From: Lama glama | Taxonomy: Eukaryota | DNA length: 64,000 nt | NCBI GenBank assembly: GCA_028534125.1 | Contig: CM052816.1 | Span: 83,888,001 to 83,952,000, forward strand | Direction of reading: 5' to 3' | Part shown: positions 13,720-26,595 of the stretch, piece after piece | Numbering within the stretch: the stretch's first letter is position 1 | How the letters are laid out: each line of letters starts with the position of its first letter | Program-made: the position numbers and the translations under genes | Notes under the pieces: model-generated | What the model was told of the DNA's origin: nothing | Seen by the model: only the letters and a program-made list of their open reading frames with translations | The model's database searches: none

Positions 13720-14890
13720 TAAAATGACAATATTTGGGACTAAATAAGAACATGAAAATGGGTTTTAAGAAGTTTTATGTGGATGATCTTCTCAAAAGCT
13801 TCAATAGTGGATGTTGGTCCCCTATGGCCAGTGGATCTAATCTGGTGGCCAAGCCAAGGCCATAGTCTGCAGACAAGCCTGTCATGCTACAAACAAGGGA
13901 CCCTATTCCCTCCCAACCAGGAACAGATACAGCAGTGGTGTTGACCAGCTGCCATATGAGGCACATGCTTAAGCAGAACAGAAGAGTTTACACTGAGTCT
14001 GAGAAAGGAAGAATATTCCCACACCAGGAGATTAACCCAGGCTGGGCTGCGAGGGCTCTATGCCTATGTAAGGGGGTCGTACAGGCCCAAGGCCCATTCT
14101 CACGTGGCTGAGCAGGAGCAGAAAAGCTGAACATAAGGCTGCCTTTTCTGCCATCTGCACAAATACTTTCCAAAGGCCCTACTGCAGAAGAGATTCTTAA
14201 CCCGTCCTGTGGATGTCAATCAGCTCCTTTCTTTCCTGATTCAAAGATTTGATCAATGGGCCCGTGAATGGTGTGGAAAGAATTGCTGGAATATATATTC
14301 TGTATGTACTCAATATTGTGTACTTCCCTCCATGAAGTTTGGCCTGGGAATCACCTATTCTAAGTGCCCAACATGGAACCCACTCTATGATACCATAACC
14401 TGAAGGGGCTGATCACTTTCTTTATAGCAGGTGGATGGCATTGGGTAGATTCCATCATAGAAGCTGGACATGAGAGGGTGAATGTGATCTGTTCTGCTGG
14501 ATAGCATGTGCATTCTAGATTAAAATTTCTTACTTTCCAGAGCCTCCATCCATGGTATTTCACACATGACCAAAAAGTGAAATTCATAAGAAAAATGTAA
14601 AGCAATATGTCGATTTCTATGGGTTAAATGGCTACTATTTTAAGTTTTACATCAGAGGTACCTGAACATATAGAATGAAGAATGGTCTCTTGAAGATTCA
14701 ATGATAGAGCCACTTGGGATGAAAAGCACCTTTTGAAGTTAGGGTACTGTCATAAAGAACATTTTATATACTCTAAATCAATATATTCCATTTCTTTCAT
14801 CACCAAAATACACAGGCCTTGGAACCAAAAGGGTGGCAAGTACTCATCATTAAACTATTCATGAGTTTTGGCATCTTCCTCATGGCCGTG
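13720..14890 (+). mobile_element. ERVL/MaLR-class internal fossil: pol RNase H end plus integrase, interrupted by a ~350-bp insert
   Basis: Colinear matches to ERVL pol: 'atgtggatgatcttctc', 'acccgtcctgtggatgtcaatcagc', 'caatgggcccgtgaa' (QWARE, cf. QWAHE), 'aagtgcccaac', 'catggtatttcacacatgaccaa', 'atagaatgaagaatggtctcttgaag', 'ggaaccaaaagggtgg'; many stops and indels. Confidence 0.75.
13812..14161. mobile_element. Unclassified LTR-like insert within the ERVL pol fossil
   Basis: GC-richer ~350-bp block, possibly TG...CA bounded, separating two adjacent parts of the ERVL RNase H similarity; no TSD found. Confidence 0.35.
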
Positions 14891-15496
14891 AGCCTGAGGA
14901 TTATTATTTTTTAATACCAAACCTAGGATCTATCCCAGGAATTGCTACTTGTACTTTCTGTTCTTTTACTGTTTGTTTTATTTTTATTTTTCTAGTAAGC
15001 TCTTCATGCCAATGGAAAAATCATTCAAAGATAGGACATAAAAGTGATCACTCTCTGTATCATAAATCTAGAAACTTCAGTAGATATACTCCAATAAAAT
15101 TAAGTGAAGGGAGTCCATAGCAAGAAACCTCTGTTTTAGCATACAAAAGGTGCTGTTATGATGTTCCTCAAAAAGTTAAAACTCAATGACCTGAAATAAT
15201 CTCAGCCACAGAAGGTTAAGCTAGGCTGAACTGGACTTCTGTAGACATGTCAGTATTTATCAGAATAACAAAATGACCATATTCTTCATAATTTAAGAGA
15301 TTTCACTAAAACGAGGCAAAATATGACTCCATAAAAATCCAAGATGCTAGACAAAAACTGTTATTTATAGGCTAGTAAATCTAGAAGTGGTATTAGTCCA
15401 ACAATGCTTCTTTTATAGAAAAACAAATTAGTGGCATGATAGGTTATAACCAAATCAGCTGCACAGAAATGTCAAATAATCGATGGGATAGCAGTG

Positions 15497-16017
15497 AATA
15501 TGGCGGGCAGCAGATAGATGGCTTGTGATTCATGTTGCAAATTTCCATGCTTGTTTAAACAATGTTGCTTAAGTGTCACCTATAATATAGTGTATTGAAA
15601 AATTATGAACCCAGAAGCCAGAGAGTATGTGTGAATGAAAAGGTTTTAGGGGAATCTTTTTCAAGGATAACATGCACCCTCAAGTAGCTCCATTGCAGCT
15701 CAGTGGGCTTCAATGGTTCCCCAACTGAGGCATTTCCCAACTTTGTCTGGGGTTCATCTAGAGATGAATTTGGCATTGTGGACAATCTTGCTAGGAGTTC
15801 CAAGCGGTGGTATGAGAGAATGAATCTCCAGACAAGAAGAAAAGCTTCTGTGATGGGTGATTAAAAAGTGACACTGACAATGAGTGAGATGAAATAGAGA
15901 TGGCGGTTTGGGCAGCTTTTCTACGCAAAGCTTTTCAGGAAGATGTGCGTGTCAGCACGCTGTTCTGCGTGCCAGGCACCAGAGGCCAGCGTGCCTCTGA
16001 CAGCAACAAAGATGGCC
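15497..16017. promoter_or_regulatory. Candidate cis-regulatory element: three YY1-like motifs and four GCGTG cores
   Basis: AATATGGCGG 15497-15506, GAGATGGCGG 15897-15906, AAGATGGCC 16009-16017; GCGTG at 15947-15951, 15956-15960 (-), 15967-15971, 15989-15993; locally retained CpGs. Confidence 0.3.
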
Positions 16018-16599
16018 ATTCTACTCTATAAGTAAGGTCCACAGAGCATAATGGAGAATGAAGTCCACGTTTAATGGCATAAAGAGTTAAGACCACTTCA
16101 GGATAATACGGATTGAAATTGCTGGAACCTCTAATACTCGTTTGGTGTGAATTTGCGCTGATGAGGATGTATGAGTAGACATCTCTAAGGAGGAATTAGG
16201 GTGCCTTGGTTTAAAACCACGTAGGTATAATTATAGTTTATTTAGAAATATACAGAGAGTGAAGGAGAGACTTCCTGATTCCATTGTGCTTTGGTTATAG
16301 GCAGTGTTCTTTTGGCCACACATTTGGTTGTCTTTTCCAGTTTCTCTGTTTCAGGACTATTTTCATGATGTTAAAACAGTTACTATTTTTGTATTATTAA
16401 CTGTCATCATTTTATTATATGCACACAACTATACACACTAAATACTGTGTTTGTGTGTGTGTGCGTGTGAACTCACTTGTTACTAGAGAGCTTACTTCTA
16501 GAAAGGATGTTCACTGTTTCTGGAAAGTTATTTGAAAATATATAATAAGAGCCTGGAAAGAAAAGCTAACATCTCTTGATTTAAGTTATTATATACTTC

Positions 16600-16800
16600 A
16601 AGAGTTTTACCTGAATTCATGTGAACAAGCCTGGGAGATAGGCACTATTTTTATTCCCATTTTATAGATAAGAACATGGAGACAGAGAGAGATTGGGGAA
16701 TTTGTCCAGGCTGACACACTCAGCTGATAGAGACAGAGTTCAGAATCACACCCCTGCTGACTGGTTCCTCAGCTTGAATTTAAGCTTCATGCTACACAGC
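16600..16800 (-). mobile_element. MIR SINE
   Basis: 'tattcccattttatagataagaacatggagacagagagagatt...tttgtccaggctgacacac' antisense MIR. Confidence 0.8.
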
Positions 16801-18444
16801 GTCATGAATTTAACACTAACATTCACTTCTAGAAAGATATCACGTTGTATTATGTATATCAATTAATTCTGGGAAATAATTATGACTGATGTTCATGAAA
16901 ACCCCACATATTAAATTGAATAGGAAAAAAAAGTCTTGGAAATATATTAACTATGGCTGCTGCTGGATGCCAAGAGCATGGTGAATTTTATTCTTTATAC
17001 ATTTTTGCACTTCTTCTGTCTTCTCCTCCAATAAGCATATTTTATAAGGAGGAAAGCCAAAATAAATATGCTTTTAGCCATTGCTTAGAGCTTAGCTCAG
17101 TTTAGCTAAAATATTAATTACCTTCAGTGGCAGCACAGAGGAAAACAACATTTGAAACCTTCTATTATTTTCATTAAGTAGTTTTATAATACCAAGAATA
17201 AAATGCCTCACATAAATAGGTTCTTAATAAATGCCAGTGAAAGGGCTAATTTTCCTGCAATAGATAACTGTGGCCAGCTGTACTCAAAGTAATGATTTTC
17301 ATGAAGAACTACATCGCAAAGGCCAAACTTGCCTGGTAGATGGAAGTGTCATCGATACAGAGATACCCTGTTTAGATTTGACTGTCATCAACCGATTAGG
17401 ACATTGTTCTCTTAAAGTTACTTTTTATATTATGATAACAATTTAAATTTTTATCATATAATAACTGCAGTGTTTTTGCTTCCATGATTTAATTTCCTGA
17501 GAGTTCTTTTATTTTGCATGCAAAAACATAGAATTTGCAGGCACATTATATTTTTTGTAATTTTCGAGATGTACAACTTCATGAATAAAACATACCTGAG
17601 GGGATTTTAAAAGGATTCATTTTAGTCAACTGTAACTTGACTTGTTCAAGATTAGATGCGTGATACTCACCAAATTTCAGCCAGCTAATTCTATTCACCA
17701 TGTGTATTATTAATAATGTAAAAATTCTTTTAGTCTTTTCTGGGAAACATACCACTAGAAATTTTACTGAAAACGGCAGACTATATTTACTGATAAATTT
17801 GTCTTAATTCTACTTGAGTTCTAAATATGTAAAAATCTTTTGCTAAGGTATAGCGATAATTATAGTGAAATAAGATTTGTAGCTTTCAAATTGCAGTTAT
17901 GAAAATTCTCCAAATGATCATTGAACTGTAAACTGAACTCAGCCTAATTATTATTCAACCTAGAAAGGAAAAAAAAATGACAATGCATTCCAAAATTTCC
18001 CTCTGCTTTGAAAGATTTACAGACTTTTGCTAAATGTCTGACATATATAAAGAATCTTGCTTGACTTGTTAGAATGTCTTCATATTTTTATGTTGATATT
18101 CCTTTGGTTCTACATTTTACTTTACCTCTTCCCAGAAACTTGGCAATGTTCCTGATGCATCAAAAGTCTTTGTCCACAGAATGTCCTCACATTCCTGGGG
18201 AGATATTTGTTTGAATTCTCCCTACTATGCTAGTTGGGAAAGTCCCAGTTGACGTCTTCCTAGATTCTCCATGAAAGCACATTTTGAACTTTAAGAAATT
18301 CAACAAATTGCTTAACAATGCTATTTGAAAATGGTCTTTTCTTCTTACATTCTCTGAAAATACTAGGTAGAATTCAGTCTATATTTAGCCATCTCCCCAG
18401 AAAAAAAAAAAGTTAGTGCTTCAGTTTTTTAAAAATTTTCTTAT

Positions 18445-18525
18445 AATTCATTCATTCAACCAACAAAATATTGAGTACCTACTGTGTGTCAGGCAGAATT
18501 CTAAGCATTAAAGATAAAGCAGGAT
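18445..18525 (-). mobile_element. LINE-2 3' terminus
   Basis: 'ttcattcattcaaccaacaaaatattgagtacctactgtgtgtcaggca' canonical antisense L2 end. Confidence 0.8.
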
Positions 18526-19199
18526 CTAAAATATGCAAAACATTTTACTTGAGTTACTTGTCTGTAAATTACATGCTGTTTTCAAATTTTTTCTTCGTCT
18601 TATATAGAGATTTATTAAAAATAATATACTCTTTATTTACATATACTATTTTAAAAATAGTTTCTAGCCTTTATATTCTTACAAGGCTTTACCTCTCAAT
18701 TATAAATATATTAAAATGCCTAGAAAAGGCCTGGAAAGAAACATGTCAGTATGTTACCTATAACAGTATTATGTTAGTAAATTATATACCTATTGCTGTT
18801 TTGTTAAGAGTTGGATTTGACATTTCATTAAAAAGCTGTTTAACATTTAAATATCTGGGAAAACGCTTTCCTTGTTTGTTGTATAAGGTATTGAATCTTA
18901 AACTATACTTTTATTTTTTTGCCCTAACCACTGTCAGTACTACTGATTTGTCCAACATACTCACCAATTAATTATTCATTACATGCCTACTCTTATCTTT
19001 TTTGCATTATACTATAGCAATATGTTATACTAACAATCGCCAACAAGTCTTCCCAAGTTCTCTTCCAAGTTGGAAATGAACTCTGTGTCAGGTAAGTGGT
19101 TCTGCTGATCTGATACGGGCTCTCCGTTGGCAGGCTGACTAGAGTAGAATGACCCCCGTTCAGACTGCTGGATTCTCCTCCATGTAATCTCAGAAAGAA

Positions 19200-19700
19200 A
19201 ACTTCCCTATTTATCTATGGTTTTGAGTGGAAACAAAAGTCATCACTTTTTTTAAACTGAGTTTTGGGCACGTTTGTTAAGCAGCAACAGCTCCCTGATT
19301 CAGAAGTTGTTCAAGTGCAGATGCTGCCATATTGGAAAGCCAGAAGATGTGGCACTGACCATGACTTTCAGGGGACAGAGGCTGAAAAAACGGAAAACCT
19401 ATCAACAGTAAAGGCAGCAAGAAATTGAGGAAGACGCAATTGGAGGATGGTAAAATGGTAGCCTGTGTTATACAGTAGCAATGCAACCGGTAGAACTATT
19501 ACCAGGAAACTTGAAAAATGGGCATTGTAACTAATGAAGATTTCAGTGTAACTAGGGGACCTCCAGGTAGAACATGACAACTGCAAGAAAGAGAGGAGTT
19601 GAAGAAAGTGGTCATTTTATATTCATAATATGAAAGAAATGTAAAGAGGCCAGGTCTCATTAGGTTAGAAAATAGTTTCTCATTTGCAGCCTCTGAATCC
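19200..19700 (+). mobile_element. MaLR LTR 3' end running into MLT1-int internal sequence
   Basis: 'ctgagttttgggcacgtttgttaagcagca' (LTR end) followed by 'atgtggcactg...ttggaggatggtaaaatggtagcctgtgttatacagtagcaa...gtaactaatgaa', typical of MLT1-int. Confidence 0.65.
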
Positions 19701-20499
19701 CTCCTTAAAGGCAAAAGAGAGTTCTTAACATTTAATTAGAAAAGCACTTATTTTAATACCTCATGTATATAGTGATGGGAACTCAGTTAGCAATTCTTAA
19801 GGAAATTAATGCAATGAATTCAGATTTCCATTTTTTAACTACAAAAGATTAAGGTAGGATGGCTGGATGAGAAACTTATTGAAGTCTCTTCAAACATACA
19901 AGGCATAATTCTGGCTAGTGACTGCAAAGATGTCTTGGTTTGTCATTTCGGCTTTATCTCGTCTAAAGTTTAATTCAGTCATGAGTTCACACACTCTTTC
20001 AATAGACATTTATTAGGATATGCTGGAATAAAGTGGTTAGGGTAGAGAAACATGTAAAATTCATAACTTTTCTTTCACCATAGTACATTCTGAAAGGGGG
20101 CGACAATCATGTTATAAACGCTAAGATAGAAAACTGAGTAATGTGTAGCCCTGTTTCCTAGTGACAGAGCAGAGTGAAATCACACAGTCATTACAGTGGT
20201 TGAAAACCTCCCAAAGCCCAAGACAACCTAGAATACTGTGTGAATTTTATCTTAAATTTTTATTTAATTTTGCCTTGTAATCAGTAAACATACAGGTTGA
20301 CTTTACTATAGAATGTTTTAACTCCAAGAATATTGTGACCTTTCTTTAAGTAAAAACAGTGCAGAAAAGCACCCAGAAAACAATTTTACTTTGGAAATAA
20401 AATTTCATGTAAAAATATTATCTATGTTCAGTATTGTACATGTAGTAGTATGCAGAGAGCAGAAGCCAGTATATAAGAGTAAAAATAATAAGAATAAAA

Positions 20500-20700
20500 T
20501 GTATTGATTATTTTGTGCTAACCACAGTTTTAACATGTTTGTATATGCTAAGTGATAGTCCACCAGCAAGTATATTAATTAGTTACTATTATGACCATTT
20601 TATAGCTGAGAAAACTAAAAAGAGTGTGGTTAAGCACATGGTAGAAGGAAACAGAGTAAGTAGAGCTTGGAACTAAACAGGGTAAGATTCCTGAGTCTTC
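20500..20700 (-). mobile_element. MIR SINE (degraded)
   Basis: 'tattatgaccattttatagctgagaaaactaaaa...ggttaagcac'. Confidence 0.6.
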
Positions 20701-20779
20701 CCTGAAGATACAAAGGCAAACTTTTTTTATTATTAATTAACATAGTATACTTCTCCTGTATGCAATAAAAACCCATTAA

Positions 20780-21870
20780 AAGTTATTTTTCTTTATTTTT
20801 CAAATTTCCTCTGCTTATGAGTCATCAATTTCTCTGAACTTTTCTTCTGCTATGCAAGTTTGTTATGTCCGCTAATGCTTTATTAATTTCATTTTGTGTT
20901 TATATATTTTAATTCTCTTTTGATATACTCCATCTTAAACTCTTTTTTTGCTAATTCCAATGTCCAGGTCATCACTGGCTCTGTGTATGGTTATTACTTT
21001 ACCTTTATGTAACAATCACTTTAATCTGATTTTTGGAATATTACGTAAATTATGACTCAAAATTATTGAAAATATGTTGCAGAGGTTTTCCTAAAAACCT
21101 CTTTGGTTTTTCCTTTCCTTTGGTCTCTTGTTTCTGGTAGATAGTTTAATCACTGTCAATTCTCATTAATCTTTCCAATGCTGGTTGTAGTTCTTATTAC
21201 CGAGAAACTACAGAAAGCTTTCTTGGTTTGTTTGATTTATTTTGAGTTTTTTAAAGCACTTATGGGAAATAGGCTTTGCTTTAGGGTGTGACCTGGCTGC
21301 ACTCTCAGATAAGTGTGTGGGGTGTTTGGGGAGTCTCTGTTTGTCTGAGTCCAAACTCTATCATTGAAATCCCTCCTCAGCAATGTGCTTCCCAGCAACA
21401 GTTACCTACCAGATCTCTTCAGGTCTCTCTGTGTGCACATACAATCCAAAAAATAGGAAAAAACAAAAATCCAAAGTCCAGGAAAATTTTCATACAGCTT
21501 TCTGGGGTTTCCTCTCAATGACTTCCCTGATCTGGTACCTGACTTCCAATCTCAAACCATTTTAGCTGTCTTGGAATTTGACCTTTGCCTCCTTTGCATG
21601 GAAAGACTATTTCTGTTTGGGTTTCATCTCTGCACTTCAGGCCAGGAAATATCAATCAGAGAAGCCTCAGTGTATACATGTCTGATCAAATTTGCCTCTT
21701 TACTTTCAAGCATACTGCCCTGCATTGATTGCTGTCCAAAGGTTATGGATTTTTTTTATTTTTTATTTTTTATTTTTTTTATTTTTTTTAATGTATACTT
21801 AATTTCAGCTTTATATTTTTCTGGAACAAAAAGTTAAGTTCAATCTAGCTAGCCTGTCATTGCTAGAGTA
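20780..21870 (-). mobile_element. Old L1M 5' region (5'UTR/ORF1)
   Basis: T-rich antisense ORF1-like sequence with 'ctaattccaatgtccaggtcatc', ending in an L1ME-type 5' terminus 'ctagcctgtcattgctagag'. Confidence 0.5.
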
Positions 21871-24800
21871 AAAATCCATTGAGCTTTCTTTTAATCAAGC
21901 AATTTCCAGATTGGAATTATTTAATGTAACCCATATACTTAATGTCCTTGGAAATAAATAATTATGCTGCTTTAAATACCTTTATCAATGAATGTTTTGG
22001 TTCTTCTTTCCTTTACTTGTATTTCCAGTACATTTCTGGCATACAAACTGACATGGTAGGTTAATTAAACACAGCTATGTGTTCAAGTAGCTCAAAAAAC
22101 GAGCTTGTGGCTCACAAGTCTTTTTGTTTAATTATTTGGTGTTATCTCTGATTCGTTGTGTTAAACAGCATCTGCCAGCTAGTCTTCATTTTTATCCACA
22201 ACCTTCCTTCTATTACAGGTCTCATTTCACTTCTCTGTGTGTAACAAACTTCTATGTATAAGAATTTTTTTTTTTAGGTAATTAATTTAGTCTCTTTGAG
22301 CCCTGATGGAACCTGGTTTTAGCTATGCGCTCATTCTGAATATATCAGTGGATGAAGCCTCCACATTCATTGATTTCATTATTTTTAAGAATCCAGAACT
22401 TCTTGGGATTTTCATGTTCCTGTTTTGTTTGAATTCAAATTTACTTATATTTACTTTTGTAATAACTCTTTTAGGTTTTAAGTATATCATTTTTTAAAGC
22501 AAATATTTTCTCTTTTCCTATTTTTAAAAACTTTATATTGTTACTTCTGTGATCCAGAAATAAGACTTCACTAGACATCATATGTTGAAAAGTTTCTTTT
22601 ATTTAAAAAAAATCATTGTTAGTAGATTTAAATATTTTTAGTATGTATGGTCAATTAAACTCTGCAGTTTATGTTTAGTTAAATAACTATTCTTATTTTG
22701 CATAATTTTTCTGACTATCAGAATTTTTGACTTTTCTTTGGTACTTTGTTTTTCTTATAATAATTTGAACTTGCATAGCAAATTTTTTCCAAGGCCATTC
22801 TTATTTGTTTGCTTGTTTGTTTTTAAATTGTAGCAATTTATCATTTACTTTTAGAGCATAATAAATAGTAAAATAATTAATATTAGAAAAAAATTTTCTC
22901 ATAAAGACAGTACTGGCTACATCCAATACATTTTTATATGGAATATTCTCATAGTTATAGAGCAGATTTTCTAGTCCAATAGCTAGATTTAAGCAAGCTT
23001 TTACTTAATGCTCTGCTCACTGATTAATTCCCTGGAAATTTTAAAAGATGAAGCCATCAATATCCCCCTAATCTCAGAATGCATTGTCACTAGTTTTTTT
23101 TTTTTTTTTCCTATTTTCAACCCTGGTTATAAGTTTTGCTTTTGATGCCTGGAATTACAAAAAAATGGGGTTCTTCCCACTCCTAATCTCAGCCTCCCAG
23201 TTTTACCAGCATTTGCAATATTTTCCTGAGATTTCTTAAAAGCACCATAGGAATTATATTTTGCAAATATCATAGTCTCACTGAAGAATATATGCAGATT
23301 TTTCATTACTACAGGCCCATAGTCTCTGAGTACAAAAAGTAAAAGCACTATTTTATTTTTTGAGAGTTATATTCTAAGGTTCAAGTCTACCATGATTTTA
23401 AGACCCTGTTTGCATTGTTGCAATTGTTATTATTTTTCATTTATTTGTTTTTAATGTGTTCTGCTTTGTTTTTTTCCAATTAACCCTTAAGCTGCAACAT
23501 TCTGGACTTAATTTTTCTCTTATAGATAATTTGAGGAGGAATTTCTTTGAATTTTGATTTTTTTTTTCTGTTCATACATGAAATGTAAGTATACACTTTA
23601 GTGTCTTCTATATGCATGCCTTCTAGCTAAAGTAAAAATTAATGAACATTTTTAGTATTAATTATAATGTCTCCTTTCCTGAAATCAAACTTGTCATTTT
23701 AATATAATGCCTTTAAGTGCCTTATATTAATTTCATTACTCCTTCTTGTGTTTATTTATATTTATTAATCACATTGTATTGATCAGTTAGACTGTATCTT
23801 TTTTATATTCCTTTTTCCAAGTTAATTATTACTATCTATATTTTCTTCCTTATTATTAAGAGTGACTGTATTTTATCAGAGTAATCATCCACTTTTTTTC
23901 AATAGGGGCCATTCCACAAATTAATATAACAAATTTTCATTAGTTTTAAAACAACTTTTATGCAATTTTTGGTTTTCAATACTAGCCAATTCTTTATTGA
24001 CTATTTTTTTTCAAGTGGTTCTGGAATTTGTGTTTGTATATATTTGATGAGCTTTAAAGCACCAGCATCAGAGAACTTGATATTTTTAATCTTTTAAAAA
24101 CTTTGATATATTCCATTGCTACCTAAAAAAGATATTTTCTCATTTTATGACATTGTTCTCAGTATATGTCCTTTTTATTTATGTCATTAATTTTATTAAT
24201 CCTGCCTTATACTTTTTAAAAAAGGAACAAGTATTTTATAAATATATGTATGCGTTAATGTAAATTCAGTTTTCCCAAACCAAAATACATATTGAATATA
24301 TATTAACTATCATTCCATTTTCTATTATTAAATCTAGCTTTTGGGGCAAACTGAATTATAATATGTTTTAATTCTGAATTATATTATCTAAATCTTAAAA
24401 GAAGGATACTTCCAAATAGAAATAAAAAATAATGCAATATTTACCACTAAATCAGAAGGGACAATAAGAAAAATTAAGCTCAAATGAAAATATAAATGAA
24501 TCATTACATCACCAGAACATTTAAAAGCAGTTTTCATTTTAATCAGTAATAGTTGAAGACAAAATAAAATGTTATATATGTTATTATACTGTTGAATCAT
24601 CTAAAATGTGGGCATTGAATATAAAACTAGTTAAACTAAAATTAACCTCAAAAATTGTATTCTTAATGTAAAACTTAGGTAAATACTTTCCATGAAAATT
24701 TCCTATAAAGTCTACACCACAGGTTGTTTCAAACAAAATGGGAATTGTTCTCTAGATATGTGGATATGTAATTAAAATTAGATCAGAGCTTAATAAAAAT

Positions 24801-26104
24801 CAGTATCAAATTACTGAAATGTCAAAATAGCATTATTTTTAAAATTCTAGTTGAAATCTTTATGTAATTAAATTAATGCTGTAATAATTTTCAGTATCTG
24901 TATATGTTAAGTTTCAATGCACATGAGATCGCCAGATACCAATTTGTATATGAATACATTGTTTCCCCTCTATAAATTAAAAAGACAGCAATGTACAAAA
25001 ACTTTTACTGATCATGTTAAATTAATACATTAGTTGAATTTTTAAGGATATAATAAGGTACTTAACATGTGAAATGAGATAAATTATGTTAACCTTAAAA
25101 GAACAGATGCAATGCCTGCATCGTATAGAATATTTATATATAGTAAGAACCAATGAGAAAAAAATGATAAGTTATTTATAATACTATGAAGCTATAATGG
25201 GTTCAAAAGTATAATGGAGTCTAATACTGTAATCAGTTATTGTGGAATTAAATGTCACTGAAAACCATTAGATTGTAGCTTAATTTTCCTAGGTGATAAC
25301 TCAAAACACAAATTACCCTTTTGCAGATTAAACCTACATAAATAATGCGGTGGTTATTGCTCTGAAAAATCATATGTTACCACTGGATGGATTTAACAGT
25401 AAATTACTTACTTACTATTACTGCACAAAACTAATCTTCTACCATACAATACACTCAACTCTATGATTAGTAGTATTAAAGGCCAAAAGTTACTTTTATA
25501 GTCATTCTTGAGCACACTTTACAAATAAGGACTATAGGGTCCACAAAACATTCTTGGTTTTAACATACATGATCACTTATTTATTTACAGTAAGAACCTA
25601 ATTTCTACTTTTGTCTTTATATAGAATAAAGACAAAAATACACTCACCACACTGATGAGCTCCACTGAGGCTTCTCCCAGGCTCTTGTTTTACTATTCTT
25701 GGTGTTGATTTCCTCTTAATTTCTTTCTCAAGAAGAGAAAACAATGTAAAGTAAGCAAAGCCAACAGCAACCAAGAAATATTATTGCAATTATGTCACAT
25801 CCAGTTGTTTGAACCCAGCAGTTAATTGAACAAGAAAAATCCAAAGGTCAATCAAATGTGAAAAAAGATCTAATTTAATCAGTAGTAATCAGGATTTCAT
25901 ACATATATAAATAAAATCTTAAATTATGTAATATATTAAAATTTCTTGATATATTTATATATGTTACATATATACATAAATAAATATGCATAAACCTTTA
26001 ATAATTAAACTAGTGGAACTTTTAAAAAGAAACAAAACCTTGGCAAATAGATGCAATATATATTATTATAAACATTTTAGAAATGTTTAGAAATGCCTGG
26101 TGAA

Positions 26105-26156
26105 ATATATATACGTGTATGTGTGTGTGTGTATATATATATACACGTATGTATAT
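26105..26156. repeat. Compound (TA)/(TG) alternating purine-pyrimidine tract with self-complementary arms
   Basis: 26105-26120 matches the reverse complement of 26141-26156 at 15/16 positions. Confidence 0.9.
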
Positions 26157-26251
26157 CACTTCTGACCCAATAATGTCACTATTGAAACTCCTCATTATAT
26201 AAATATCAGTACAGTAAAGTAATGAATTAAAATTTTATACACTATACACTC

Positions 26252-26595
26252 ACATTAGTTTGCTAGGGCTGACATAACAAGGTATCACAGACTGGGTGAT
26301 AAACAACTTCAATTTATTTTCTCAAAATTCTGAATCTAGGTGTCAGAGATCAAAGTGTCAGCAGGGCTGGTTTCTTCTGAGGCCTCTCTCCTTGGCCTGT
26401 CGATGGCCATGTTTTCCCTGTGTCTTTGCATGGTCTTCCCTGCGCACAAGGGATTCTAGTCTCTTCACATAAGGGCATCATCATCATATTGGATTAGACC
26501 CACCCTAATCATCTCATTTACAGTCCAATTCTGAGTTACTGTGGTTTAGGACCTCAACATACGCATTTTGAGGGGACACAATTCAGCCCATACCA
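26252..26595 (-). mobile_element. MaLR solo LTR (MLT1A/B-like), inserted in an old L1 fragment
   Basis: Near full length: 'ttagtttgctagggctgacataacaa...tgtcagcagggctggtttcttctgaggcctctctccttggc...ggattagacccacccta...gggacacaattcagcccata'. Confidence 0.9.

Noticed and set aside
15976..15990. CTCF-like motif GCACCAGAGGCCAGC
   Set aside because: Mismatches at informative core positions; too weak to call without ChIP data
18471..18971. 166-aa ORF
   Set aside because: Non-ATG start inside an L2 end; low-complexity L/I/F/Y/K composition typical of AT-rich chance ORFs; no recognisable domain
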